Sequence record: NC_061440.1
Strand: one strand, 5' to 3'
DNA: 64,000 nucleotides
The notes under the pieces were generated by a model that did no database searches, was not told where the DNA came from, and worked only from the letters and a program-made list of their open reading frames with translations. A program made the translations under genes and the position numbers. Of the stretch, positions 35,571-44,584 are shown piece by piece (position 1 is the first letter of the stretch; each line of letters begins with the position of its first letter).

Positions 35571-35947
35571 TGGCACTCATGTTTACTGAGAAGCATCGCA
35601 AGCAGTTTGGTCGTGACAGCAAAGACCCGCAGTATCATGGTGATGCGTGTGAGGCAGTCTACAATCACGGCATGGAATTGTTGCGTGAGTACAAACGTCT
35701 GGCGTTGCTCATCGGCGCGAAGCGTAGAACGCGCATTGATAAAGGCGCGCCTATAACCAAGTGCTTCCGCAAGCAGTGGATTGAAGACAAGAAGCTGGCG
35801 AACGAAGACACGCGCCCTATCGACGTGTTGATTGCTCGCTTTAAAGAAGTAGCTGTGTTATTGAAACTGGCGCGTATGAACTACACGGACCTGCATACTC
35901 GTCGTCACGGTTTTACTCGTCCTAGCTACTTCCACTGGAGAGACTGA
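35570..35947 (+). CDS. hypothetical basic protein
   Basis: GGAG RBS; TAATG coupling. Confidence 0.65.
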   Translation: MALMFTEKHRKQFGRDSKDPQYHGDACEAVYNHGMELLREYKRLALLIGAKRRTRIDKGAPITKCFRKQWIEDKKLANEDTRPIDVLIARFKEVAVLLKLARMNYTDLHTRRHGFTRPSYFHWRD

Positions 35948-35948
35948 T

Positions 35949-36374
35949 ATGGCCAAGCATCATACCTTTCGTTTGAATGACCTGTGCGCTATTATGCCTA
36001 AGCGCGGTGTGCATGGTCCTCAGCAGGGTGAGCACGTTGTCATCGTTGGTCGCCATCCCGATCTGAATGAGTACACCATCTACTATAAAGATGGTCTGTA
36101 TGGTTGGTTCAAAGCCGAAGACCTTGCGCTCGTTAGACACGATGCCCACGAACAACTCGAATTGTGGGAAGACGCATACAATGAACGCTGTGCGCTCGAC
36201 CGTGAGCAGGATGATGAAGTCCAGATGCGTGAGCTTGACGCAATCGCTGCGAAGCTGGACTTGTCAGATGCAGGCAAATGTTGCGAGTGCGGAAAAGACC
36301 TCGATCCCGAAGACGGTGCAGATGATACGATGTGTCTGACCTGTCGCTGCGATGTAGATTTTGGAGATAGATAA
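35949..36374 (+). CDS. SH3-like domain + C-terminal zinc finger protein
   Basis: N-terminus paralogous to the radical SAM N-terminus; CCECG...MCLTC. Confidence 0.75.
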   Translation: MAKHHTFRLNDLCAIMPKRGVHGPQQGEHVVIVGRHPDLNEYTIYYKDGLYGWFKAEDLALVRHDAHEQLELWEDAYNERCALDREQDDEVQMRELDAIAAKLDLSDAGKCCECGKDLDPEDGADDTMCLTCRCDVDFGDR

Positions 36375-36637
36375 TGGCTGTAGGCTTTGTAAAAGATGAT
36401 GGCGTTAACGATACCATCGAAGCTAACCTGAACAACGAGATTGACCGCGCCCGTGCTGAACTGCTAGGCAAAGGCACCACGCACTGCATCAACCCTGAGT
36501 GTGGTGCAGAGATTCCACTGATGCGCCGTGTCGCTATGCCGAATGCTCGTTACTGTGTGGCCTGTCAATCAAGCCACGATGGTTCGGCTGTTAGCCACTA
36601 CAATCGTCGTGGCTCAAAAGATTCTCAATTGAGGTAG
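36374..36637 (+). CDS. ybiI: DksA/TraR C4 zinc-finger protein, YbiI-like
   Basis: C..x..CGAEIP..RR.AMP...C..CQ; ends YNRRGSKDSQLR as in enterobacterial YbiI (recalled). Confidence 0.9.
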   Translation: MAVGFVKDDGVNDTIEANLNNEIDRARAELLGKGTTHCINPECGAEIPLMRRVAMPNARYCVACQSSHDGSAVSHYNRRGSKDSQLR

Positions 36638-36640
36638 TTA

Positions 36641-36865
36641 ATGGATATTAAAGCTAACCCCGAAGTTACATACACGCTTGAAGGATTCTTCCCTGATAGA
36701 AACATCTGGGTGATCATTCATTCCGGTCTTAAAGAAAAGGTTGAGATCTCTGAGTTGTTAGACCAGTTGAAGATTGATCCGAAGTGCCCACGTAGTCCTG
36801 CCACTGCGTTTCGTATGGTGCAGGTAACACGCGACGTTGTTCAATTCATGGAGGTTATTAAATGA
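36641..36865 (+). CDS. hypothetical protein, paralog of the C-terminal domain of 37705..38292
   Basis: VTYTLEGFFP...W..+.SGL. Confidence 0.7.
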   Translation: MDIKANPEVTYTLEGFFPDRNIWVIIHSGLKEKVEISELLDQLKIDPKCPRSPATAFRMVQVTRDVVQFMEVIK

Positions 36866-37005
36866 ATGATGAAGAACGTAAAGAACCGTACTCACGTTGC
36901 GAAGACTGCCGTACACCTCTAGCAGAGGATGAAGTGTACGGCGAGTGGGATGACCTGTGCGAAAATTGCTGTGCTGATCGTGAAGACGAAGGGGAGTCTA
37001 CATAA
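36862..37005 (+). CDS. 47-aa zinc-finger micro-protein
   Basis: Read by hand: MNDEERKEPYSRCEDCRTPL...LCENCCAD; GGAGG RBS. Confidence 0.6.
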   Translation: MNDEERKEPYSRCEDCRTPLAEDEVYGEWDDLCENCCADREDEGEST

Positions 37006-37322
37006 TGCTGCGTAAACTTTGGGTAGCAATGGGATTCATCTTCCCTACTGTCAAGGATGCACTGAATAGTGGTGAGCATTGCACTCGCATTGGCTATCGT
37101 AACTATTGCATACGAAGTGCCGGTGGCTTTGCAGAAGCCTTCTCCGATCACCTGATTCAGTATCGCTCAAGCTCTATGTCTCTCGCACAAAACGAAGACA
37201 GGCACGAAGACGTGTTGAATAAAGCACGTCATCTGGAATATCCGTGCGTAATCTATTTCAACGACAACACGTTCAATTCTATTCCAGTAGAAGAACCTCG
37301 TTTAAGGTACCCGACGCCATGA
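37005..37322 (+). CDS. hypothetical protein (105 aa)
   Basis: TAATG coupling. Confidence 0.6.
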   Translation: MLRKLWVAMGFIFPTVKDALNSGEHCTRIGYRNYCIRSAGGFAEAFSDHLIQYRSSSMSLAQNEDRHEDVLNKARHLEYPCVIYFNDNTFNSIPVEEPRLRYPTP

Positions 37323-37708
37323 AACGAATCAAACGTTTCTTCCGTGTAGTGTTTATACTACCGACTATCTTCTATCTTGTTTGTCAAATCATCGGCATCA
37401 AATTGTGGAAAGTAGTCCTCTGGTTCCGTATGCGTAAGTCTGATAAAGAGCTTGCGTATTTTCAGCACGAAGCTGATGTGCTTGAAGCATTGCTTAATCT
37501 TAGCACCGATAAGTGCGCACGTATCACTGTTTTGTTTGCGGAGTACAAGAAGCCGCGGGGCTTATCGCACAATCTTGTTTACCTGTGGCCGAAAGCCTAC
37601 TTGCATAAAGTTTTAAACAGCAAAGGCGTTGCCGTTGGTCCAGTTCCAAACTACACTGCCGCATTCACGCAGTTCTTGGACAAAGTTCAGCAGGAGAAGA
37701 AAGCATGA
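37319..37708 (+). CDS. hypothetical membrane-anchored protein
   Basis: MKRIKRFFRVVFILPTIFYLVCQIIGI hydrophobic N-terminus. Confidence 0.6.
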   Translation: MKRIKRFFRVVFILPTIFYLVCQIIGIKLWKVVLWFRMRKSDKELAYFQHEADVLEALLNLSTDKCARITVLFAEYKKPRGLSHNLVYLWPKAYLHKVLNSKGVAVGPVPNYTAAFTQFLDKVQQEKKA

Positions 37709-38292
37709 AGCCTAACAAATGGAAAGTGAAGTTCACGCAGAAAGACAAACCTACCAATACGTTCGAGGCTGTGTATACCAGTCAGGACGAATTTGAGCAC
37801 TGGGCTAAGATCCACCACGACGGTGGCTTCCTTGTGGAAGTCGAAGCGTTTGCTGTTGTCGAAATTCCGGTGGCGACCGATTGGAAATACCCAGCGGCAC
37901 CTAACCTGCATGAGATACCCCAGTTGTTCCACGTCAAGCACTACACCGGCGATGAACAACCTTCACTTATCGGTATGCAGCGTTACTTCCATGTTGAAGG
38001 TGATCGCGAAGAAGTTGAAGACTTCGCCACGTTGCTCAACACAATGATCTATGCTGCGCGTAACTACGCAGAGCAGGGTGTGACATATACGGTTGAAGGT
38101 TATGTGCCGTCACAAAACGCATGGCTACCTGTGCAGTCTGGTCTGCCTACGCTGCAAGAAGTTGAGAACTTCCTTGTGACGATTCGTGGTAGCAAGCCAG
38201 GTCCATTCAACCCTGTAACTAAGGTTCGCCTTGTTCGTTACGTGCGTGAAGTGGGTGAAGAAATAACTGACATGGGAAAGCATGTACTATGA
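37705..38292 (+). CDS. hypothetical protein (195 aa)
   Basis: GGAG RBS; C-terminal domain paralogous to 36641..36865. Confidence 0.75.
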   Translation: MKPNKWKVKFTQKDKPTNTFEAVYTSQDEFEHWAKIHHDGGFLVEVEAFAVVEIPVATDWKYPAAPNLHEIPQLFHVKHYTGDEQPSLIGMQRYFHVEGDREEVEDFATLLNTMIYAARNYAEQGVTYTVEGYVPSQNAWLPVQSGLPTLQEVENFLVTIRGSKPGPFNPVTKVRLVRYVREVGEEITDMGKHVL

Positions 38293-38525
38293 CAGATGAA
38301 GAATACCAGCGCTTCATTCAGCGTATCGCCGAACGCGGCGCGGAGCGTATGACTCCGCAAGAACTGGAAAGTCTGCGCTTTAAGTTGCGTGTCAATCAAC
38401 CTGAGCGTCCTCTGCCCGATACGCACACGATGCCTGACTCTAAGTTTGACACGCATCGTATCGACCCGAGCACCGACATGACCGTCGGTGATATCAAACA
38501 TCACTTTCCACCAAAAGGCAATTGA
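38289..38525 (+). CDS. hypothetical protein (78 aa)
   Basis: Coupled ORF. Confidence 0.6.
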   Translation: MTDEEYQRFIQRIAERGAERMTPQELESLRFKLRVNQPERPLPDTHTMPDSKFDTHRIDPSTDMTVGDIKHHFPPKGN

Positions 38526-38526
38526 G

Positions 38527-38859
38527 ATGGAAAAGGTAACCAATGCTGTAAATGCAGTATGCGGTAAGTTCGTGCTGCCAATCTATATCGGCGAATCCGA
38601 CATGAACCCGTACATAGGCAAGGCGTTCTGGGATAGTCTGGTCTTGCGTGACGATCTGTTCAAAGAACCAGAAACTCGTCAAGTCATTCACAACGACGAG
38701 CGTATGAACCGCACCGAGTTTATTCGCGTGTCAACTGTCTATGATGTTGTGCAGGCGTTGAAGCGCTGCCGCAGTTATATCCGCTACTTCGAGTATATCA
38801 GTGACGAAGACATTGATATCCTGGTTGAAGCGCTCGAACATTACATCGACGAAGAATGA
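38527..38859 (+). CDS. hypothetical protein
   Basis: ATG directly after the previous stop. Confidence 0.65.
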   Translation: MEKVTNAVNAVCGKFVLPIYIGESDMNPYIGKAFWDSLVLRDDLFKEPETRQVIHNDERMNRTEFIRVSTVYDVVQALKRCRSYIRYFEYISDEDIDILVEALEHYIDEE

Positions 38860-38875
38860 TAGATCAGGAGACGTT

Positions 38876-39499
38876 ATGAATAACATCATTCAATTTCTCA
38901 TGGATGAGAACGAAGTGCAAGACGCACTCACCTCGTATCACACCGACCCTACCGATGAAAACAAACGTCGTGTGATTGAAACGATTTTGAGTGAGTCTAA
39001 ACACGCACCAAAACCAGACATTGAATCTGAGGCGCATCGCATTATATTTGTGCCGTCCGTAACTACGCTGAGGAGTGAGCCTGCTGTTACGCAATATGCT
39101 TCTTTCAGCGGTGAGATTGACAAGATGCTTATGGCCACTGCTAAATTGGCTAAGCGCGTTGTAGACAAAATTCATGAAGCAGGTAGTTCCGCTGTGTTTG
39201 TTCGCTTCGATCCAGAAGAATGGTATTCTTATCGCATTCCTATTCTTTGGGGATTCTACGATCTGGCGTTAGAAGCGAAAACGCTGGACGGGATTGATTC
39301 ATCCATGCGCGACCTCATGCGCAAGGTAGGCAATCTGCCTTTGGATGAAGATGTAGAAGGCTTCTACGGAAGGATTAATCGTTATGTGACTGAGGGAGAG
39401 CATGAAGGCTGTCTGCGCTCCATCACTCAAATGGTGGACACTAAGTTCACGCGCAACTTACCTCAAACCGAAACCGAAGAAGAAGGTGAAGAAGAATGA
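38876..39499 (+). CDS. hypothetical protein
   Basis: AGGAG RBS before 38876. Confidence 0.7.
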   Translation: MNNIIQFLMDENEVQDALTSYHTDPTDENKRRVIETILSESKHAPKPDIESEAHRIIFVPSVTTLRSEPAVTQYASFSGEIDKMLMATAKLAKRVVDKIHEAGSSAVFVRFDPEEWYSYRIPILWGFYDLALEAKTLDGIDSSMRDLMRKVGNLPLDEDVEGFYGRINRYVTEGEHEGCLRSITQMVDTKFTRNLPQTETEEEGEEE

Positions 39500-39867
39500 T
39501 CAGACAAATGCCAAAGCAGATCTCGACTAAAGAGTTCAGCTTATCTATTGACGGCTTCGCGGCTAAACTCAATCTCGAAAACTACACGGCAATCGTTCGT
39601 GGTAAGTGGCGTTTGCTTCGTGGTACAGACACAAGCGGTAACTTCACGACCGTACTCATCGGTCCGTATGCAGTGTCGCCTGACCTGACCGGTTATCAGA
39701 TTCTCATTGCCGCAGGTTATCAGCCTGTAGATGCGATGCAGGCGCTCGGTCTCGATCACAAACATCTGCGCACCATGCAGAAAGAACACCGTAAGCGCGT
39801 AGCTCAATCGAAAGCAGCACCACGCCGTGGCAACACTAACTCACTTGACGATCTCCAGGGGAAGTAA
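39496..39867 (+). CDS. hypothetical protein (123 aa)
   Basis: ATGA overlap. Confidence 0.65.
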   Translation: MIRQMPKQISTKEFSLSIDGFAAKLNLENYTAIVRGKWRLLRGTDTSGNFTTVLIGPYAVSPDLTGYQILIAAGYQPVDAMQALGLDHKHLRTMQKEHRKRVAQSKAAPRRGNTNSLDDLQGK

Positions 39868-39868
39868 C

Positions 39869-40612
39869 ATGAAACAGTTATTCGTAGGCAGTCACCCAAA
39901 CACCGTTCGCTTTTCTGACCTCGATGGTCGTGACCGTATCTGTGAGATTCGTGCCATGATCGCTGACGCGTATCGCATGTTGCGTGATTCAATTGGCGAA
40001 CAGGCGAAGAACGAAACGAATACTTTCCACGGTCCGTGGCTTGTGTTTCGTAATCTCATGAACGATCACCCTGCTGCCTGTCTGGAAGAGTTCCGCCATG
40101 CCTCTATCTACTTCGATGCAGATACAGAAGGCAAGGTAACTGAGATTGCTGACCTGATTGAACAGCATATCGAACTGACCCGCCAATCGATCTGTTTGAA
40201 AGGCGCTAATCAACATCAGGCCGATGCAATGATTGGTATTGCAAGCACTGGTGGACGAATCGAAACGACTGTTATGCAGGGTCTGGGAAAAACACGCCAG
40301 AACAACCCGCACCGCACTTTGGCCGAAGACCTGCGTAAGTACCTCAACAAGTTCAAAGACAATGACGGTACCTTTGACTTGTGTACCTTGTTGACTAAGC
40401 TCTACGGTAAACCTTCGTTCGACACGTATGCTGATAGTACGGTAGATGAGATGTTTGACGAAACGTGTCAGGCAATTCAAAGTGCGAATGAGCCTATCGA
40501 TCAGGTATATGATGTGGTGTGTCGTGCAATCCTTTCGTTCGGTCTGCCTGCTATGCCAGCAGACAGTGATGACCAGGCGGCTGATGATGAAAACTTTGCT
40601 CTCCGCGGTTAA
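39869..40612 (+). CDS. hypothetical protein
   Basis: AGGGGA RBS before 39869. Confidence 0.7.
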   Translation: MKQLFVGSHPNTVRFSDLDGRDRICEIRAMIADAYRMLRDSIGEQAKNETNTFHGPWLVFRNLMNDHPAACLEEFRHASIYFDADTEGKVTEIADLIEQHIELTRQSICLKGANQHQADAMIGIASTGGRIETTVMQGLGKTRQNNPHRTLAEDLRKYLNKFKDNDGTFDLCTLLTKLYGKPSFDTYADSTVDEMFDETCQAIQSANEPIDQVYDVVCRAILSFGLPAMPADSDDQAADDENFALRG

Positions 40613-40790
40613 AATCTATTGGCGTGAAGCGATGATACTGGCTGTGCTCGTTGTCATCGCTGTCGCTCTCCCTTTCTTAGAAGTACGCAACCCAGTTCTG
40701 GTGATGCTTGTTGCTGTCATCGTCGCTGCGTACTTCATTGCTACTTGGGCATGTAAGCCTGTATACGGATCAGACGATGAAAAAGAATGA
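40584..40790 (+). CDS. small membrane protein, two TM helices
   Basis: AMILAVLVVIAVALPFL and VLVMLVAVIVAAYFIATW. Confidence 0.6.
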   Translation: MMKTLLSAVKIYWREAMILAVLVVIAVALPFLEVRNPVLVMLVAVIVAAYFIATWACKPVYGSDDEKE

Positions 40791-41328
40791 AATCAAACTG
40801 AGTACCGCAGACATTGCAGCAGGTATCATCTGCATTAACGAAGCTCTGGCCAAACACGGCCTGTCGTGTGCAGAAGGTGATGTTGGTTACGAAACAGTGT
40901 ACACCGATGATCACGGTGAAACACAGGGAGGCTGGTACGCTGAGTTCGATAAGAAGTCCCGTGACAAGCTGCGTGAATCAAAACAGGTGTCATGGCGTAA
41001 CTGTGGTATGTTGAGCGGCGATACGATTGACAGCATTCTACGCACAATCGCCAGCCTCAAGTTCCGCAACCACGCTAAAGAGCCTACGCCGTTGCAGTTG
41101 AAAATGGCGGAGAATGTTAAGAGCAAGGTCGAAGCAACTAAGGCAGCGCTTGAAGTGTACAACTCGGCAGCGCCTCTTTCTGACTCTGACCTGCGTTTGT
41201 GTATCGAGCACTTCCGTACTCTGGATAAAGCTGTGCAGGCAGACCCGATGCTTGCTCTGTGTAAGCTGCATGTAACACTCAATCTCGAAACACTCTTAGG
41301 CTACAAAGAAGCACGTAAGCGTAAGTAA
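40777..41328 (+). CDS. hypothetical protein
   Basis: 3' part of ORF 40708..41328. Confidence 0.7.
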   Translation: MKKNEIKLSTADIAAGIICINEALAKHGLSCAEGDVGYETVYTDDHGETQGGWYAEFDKKSRDKLRESKQVSWRNCGMLSGDTIDSILRTIASLKFRNHAKEPTPLQLKMAENVKSKVEATKAALEVYNSAAPLSDSDLRLCIEHFRTLDKAVQADPMLALCKLHVTLNLETLLGYKEARKRK

Positions 41329-41334
41329 CCAATC

Positions 41335-41360
41335 AGGGAGATCCCGCTAAGGATCTCCCT
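41335..41360. terminator. 10-bp hairpin
   Basis: AGGGAGATCC-CGCTAA-GGATCTCCCT. Confidence 0.65.
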
Positions 41361-41383
41361 CTGTCATTTCTGGAGCATTTCTC

Positions 41384-42364
41384 ATGCGTTTTGGTTTCGC
41401 CTGCAAATTGCTTGACGCAAACAACAAACAGCCATTCACGAATAAGAGCCTTAGCTATAAACATTTCTCTGCGTTGTCTGCTGCTGACCAACATACGAAA
41501 CTGTTGGAAGTTGTCACGCATAACCTGACTTCATTGCTTGATATGATCAAGCACGTTGGTCGTCTGCGTACAGACCTGCGCATGTTTCGAATCACCAGTG
41601 AATTGTTGCCTCTGTACACTCACCCTAAAGTGTTTCACATGTACATGCGCCATGACGTTGTTACTATCACCGAATCGCTACTCGCCTTGTGTGGTGAAGC
41701 GGCTAGACGTCATGACGTGCGATTATCATTTCATCCAGGTCAGTTCACGGTACTCGCATCTGATCGACCAGATGTTGTCCAGAACTCAATAGCCGAACTT
41801 GAGTATCATGCGTACTGTGCCTATCACATGGGGTATGGTCGCCGCTTCCAAGACTTCAAGATCAACATTCACCTTAGCGGTAGACTTGGCGCTTCGGGAT
41901 TCAGGCAAGCGCATTCGAAACTTTCTGATCGCTGCCGGAACATGTTGACCGTAGAGAACGACGAAATCACTTCGAGCCTCGAAGATTGTTTAGCGCTGGC
42001 AGACATATGCCCGATCGTCCTCGACATTCATCATCACTGGGTAATGACTAACGAATACATACAACCGACCGACGACCGTGTTCAGCGTGTCATTGATTCT
42101 TGGCGAGGCGTTCGACCTGCTGCTCACTACTCTGTGTCAAAGCCTGAGTTTGTACCATCGCGTGGACTGCCCGACCAGAACAAGCTGTCCGCTAATCGAA
42201 TGCAGTTACGTGCTCATGCTGATTATTACCACAACGAAGACGTAAACGAGTGGGCCACTAGTTTCACTGATTTTGACCTGATGTGTGAGTCAAAAGCGAA
42301 AAATAGGGCTAGACTGAAACTGGCGTGTTTTAGCGTCAACTCTGCAAATAATTGGACAAAATGA
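41384..42364 (+). CDS. uvsE: UV damage endonuclease UvsE/UVDE
   Basis: GFACK, MFRITSELLP, RLSFHPGQF, INIH, LTVENDE, VLDIHHH, AHYS, RAHADY, MCESKAK. Confidence 0.95.
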   Translation: MRFGFACKLLDANNKQPFTNKSLSYKHFSALSAADQHTKLLEVVTHNLTSLLDMIKHVGRLRTDLRMFRITSELLPLYTHPKVFHMYMRHDVVTITESLLALCGEAARRHDVRLSFHPGQFTVLASDRPDVVQNSIAELEYHAYCAYHMGYGRRFQDFKINIHLSGRLGASGFRQAHSKLSDRCRNMLTVENDEITSSLEDCLALADICPIVLDIHHHWVMTNEYIQPTDDRVQRVIDSWRGVRPAAHYSVSKPEFVPSRGLPDQNKLSANRMQLRAHADYYHNEDVNEWATSFTDFDLMCESKAKNRARLKLACFSVNSANNWTK

Positions 42365-42397
42365 GGCTTGTTTACGAAGGTAGCCCTGTGATACACT
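42338..42397 (+). promoter_or_regulatory. conserved phage promoter, copy 5
   Basis: AACTCTGCAAATAATTGG-ACAAAAT, 26 nt, TG-A-TACACT. Confidence 0.8.
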
Positions 42398-42449
42398 AGA
42401 TATGAGCGTTATCGCTCGTATAACTAGACTGACACAAGGAAATAAGACA

Positions 42450-42752
42450 ATGTTCAATACTACTACCATCGTAAAGAAATCTGGTGCTGCAAACGTTACC
42501 AATCATTCGTTCGGTATTACAGGTATCACGCCAACCAATCGCATTTCTTGCATCTGGCCTGGCGCTTTGGAGGTTCCGGCTGACATTAAACGTTGGTGCC
42601 GTGCTAACGAAATCATTAATGACCTTGACGCTTACATGCGTGTTCGTTTTAAAGGTCGTCGTGCTGATATCCTGAACTTGGTTGCTCGTCATCTGGCACC
42701 AAACAATCCTGAACTGGCTGTGCGTATTCTTGCAACTATCACTGAGGCCTAA
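42450..42752 (+). CDS. hypothetical protein
   Basis: AAGGA RBS; first gene after the promoter. Confidence 0.75.
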   Translation: MFNTTTIVKKSGAANVTNHSFGITGITPTNRISCIWPGALEVPADIKRWCRANEIINDLDAYMRVRFKGRRADILNLVARHLAPNNPELAVRILATITEA

Positions 42753-42753
42753 A

Positions 42754-43017
42754 ATGAAAGTCCAATCTATGGAAGCTGTTTACGGTGCTACAAACACCAA
42801 CACTCCGCTTGTGGAGAAACGCGGCTTTCGTTCTGTCGAATCGAAGTACGTCGATGGAACGGAGGTTAGATTACAACGGTTGTCGCATGACATACATGAA
42901 CGTCAGGTGGTGGGCTACGATCAATTTGGTCGAGCAGTGTACGGAACATATGTACCACCATCTACGTTCGAAGTGCGTGACAGCAAGGAAAGCGAACCGA
43001 ATAAGACGGCGCCCTAG
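42754..43017 (+). CDS. hypothetical protein
   Basis: GAGG RBS. Confidence 0.6.
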   Translation: MKVQSMEAVYGATNTNTPLVEKRGFRSVESKYVDGTEVRLQRLSHDIHERQVVGYDQFGRAVYGTYVPPSTFEVRDSKESEPNKTAP

Positions 43018-43075
43018 CAAGCTCACAACCAGAAGCCATAGAATAACAAACAATAAATTCATGCGCTGACCTATC

Positions 43076-43468
43076 GTGGGGTGTCTTAAAATGATCGTTA
43101 TATGTAATAGCTCGAAAGAATTTTCAGCCGACCGTTTGGCTCATGGCGACGCATTTGTTTTTGGGAAGACTCGCATGTTGTTACGTGCGGACTTCATCGT
43201 CCTGACAGACAAAAACAATGCGGTATTCGTAATACGCAAATCTGATGTTGTTTGGTCTCCCGAGCTTACGGGCGCAACGCATGTGATTAAAATCCGGGCG
43301 TATGCCCAGGTTAAGCCGTTTGAACTCAACGCAGCATGTCCGCAGTTTAACAGTCGTGTGTTCGGAACAATTGCGTTTCGTAACCCACACTTTGAGCACC
43401 GTCTTGGTAGCTTGAAATATGTAGAGACAATCTTCGGAGGTTTACATGGCACGGTATCATGTGTTTAG
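43076..43468 (+). CDS. hypothetical protein (start uncertain)
   Basis: Fills the gap on the + strand. Confidence 0.5.
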   Translation: MGCLKMIVICNSSKEFSADRLAHGDAFVFGKTRMLLRADFIVLTDKNNAVFVIRKSDVVWSPELTGATHVIKIRAYAQVKPFELNAACPQFNSRVFGTIAFRNPHFEHRLGSLKYVETIFGGLHGTVSCV

Positions 43469-43697
43469 TGCGACTCATAAATACTACGGTGAAGCATACG
43501 AAGGAACTTGGCTCAAAGAGATAACTCTCAACGGGCACCAAGTCCTCAACGCAGAGTTCCCTAACTTCGAGGCCGCGAAAGAATGCGCCGACAAGTTGCA
43601 TGAGGTTTGCGATATTGGGTGGATCGTGTATAACGCTTTTTCTGAACGCGCTATGTACGATACCCGCACGGTACAAGGCGAGTCTGTAAACAACTAA
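43446..43697 (+). CDS. hypothetical protein (83 aa)
   Basis: GGAGG RBS. Confidence 0.65.
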   Translation: MARYHVFSATHKYYGEAYEGTWLKEITLNGHQVLNAEFPNFEAAKECADKLHEVCDIGWIVYNAFSERAMYDTRTVQGESVNN

Positions 43698-43769
43698 CAG
43701 GCCCGCCAGTTATCCCTAAACGTGATGCTCACGGGCGTCACACAAATTTTCACAATACGAGGCTATAAA

Positions 43770-44279
43770 ATGAAATTCACCGCAATCGCTATCGCACTGG
43801 TTATGTCTGCTTCCGCTTCCGCTGCAAACTATGTGGCACCAGCTCCTGCTGCTGGCATGAAATCTTCTGGCATGACTATCAGCGACAAGCTGGACGATAG
43901 CTGCCAGAAGAAACTTAATCAGGCGATCGACCTGCGTCATTCAGTGATTGACTTCGCTGTATCAAAAGATGCAATCGACACTGTAGCCGCTTGGCCGCTT
44001 GTGTGTTCACCGACTGTTGAGTCTGCGTCGGTTACTGTTGAACGTATCGGCAGTGACATTACGATCACCTACGTCAATAACGACAAGTCGCTGGCGAATC
44101 TTAGCCTCGTGTTGCAGCGCGTAGAATCCACTACAGAAGACGATGCACCAGCGTATCAGATCGTTCAGATTGGTGACCTGAATGCTATGGGTTATCAGGA
44201 ACAAACTGACGTGAAAGAGTGGCTGCTTGATTGTTATGCGGCTACTGTGCAGGACGACATGGCTGTAGTGAGGAACTGA
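43770..44279 (+). CDS. exported/periplasmic protein with signal peptide
   Basis: MKFTAIAIALVMSASASA Sec signal with AxA cleavage site. Confidence 0.75.
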   Translation: MKFTAIAIALVMSASASAANYVAPAPAAGMKSSGMTISDKLDDSCQKKLNQAIDLRHSVIDFAVSKDAIDTVAAWPLVCSPTVESASVTVERIGSDITITYVNNDKSLANLSLVLQRVESTTEDDAPAYQIVQIGDLNAMGYQEQTDVKEWLLDCYAATVQDDMAVVRN

Positions 44280-44584
44280 TGAAAGGAAAGAAGTTAGACG
44301 TATTTTTGCAGCAACGCACGGCAATGAACAAAATCGCGTCCAGCCCGCAAGACTGGGAGACGTACAAAGAAATGCTGTTGAACATACGGCTTGCCGTTGC
44401 TGTTGACCCTCGACCTGATGCTGCTGTACGCCATCTGGCTCGTACATGGCACGCCGAAAAGAAATATGCGCTCCCTGTCTGTCAGGCTACGCTTCTGAAA
44501 CTGATGACGTTGAAGAAAGCAAACCAAACGCTTGAAGAAATGATCGCGCTTTACATTGACCTTGAGGAAGGACCGAAGAAATGA
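44279..44584 (+). CDS. hypothetical protein
   Basis: GAGGA RBS. Confidence 0.65.
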   Translation: MKGKKLDVFLQQRTAMNKIASSPQDWETYKEMLLNIRLAVAVDPRPDAAVRHLARTWHAEKKYALPVCQATLLKLMTLKKANQTLEEMIALYIDLEEGPKK

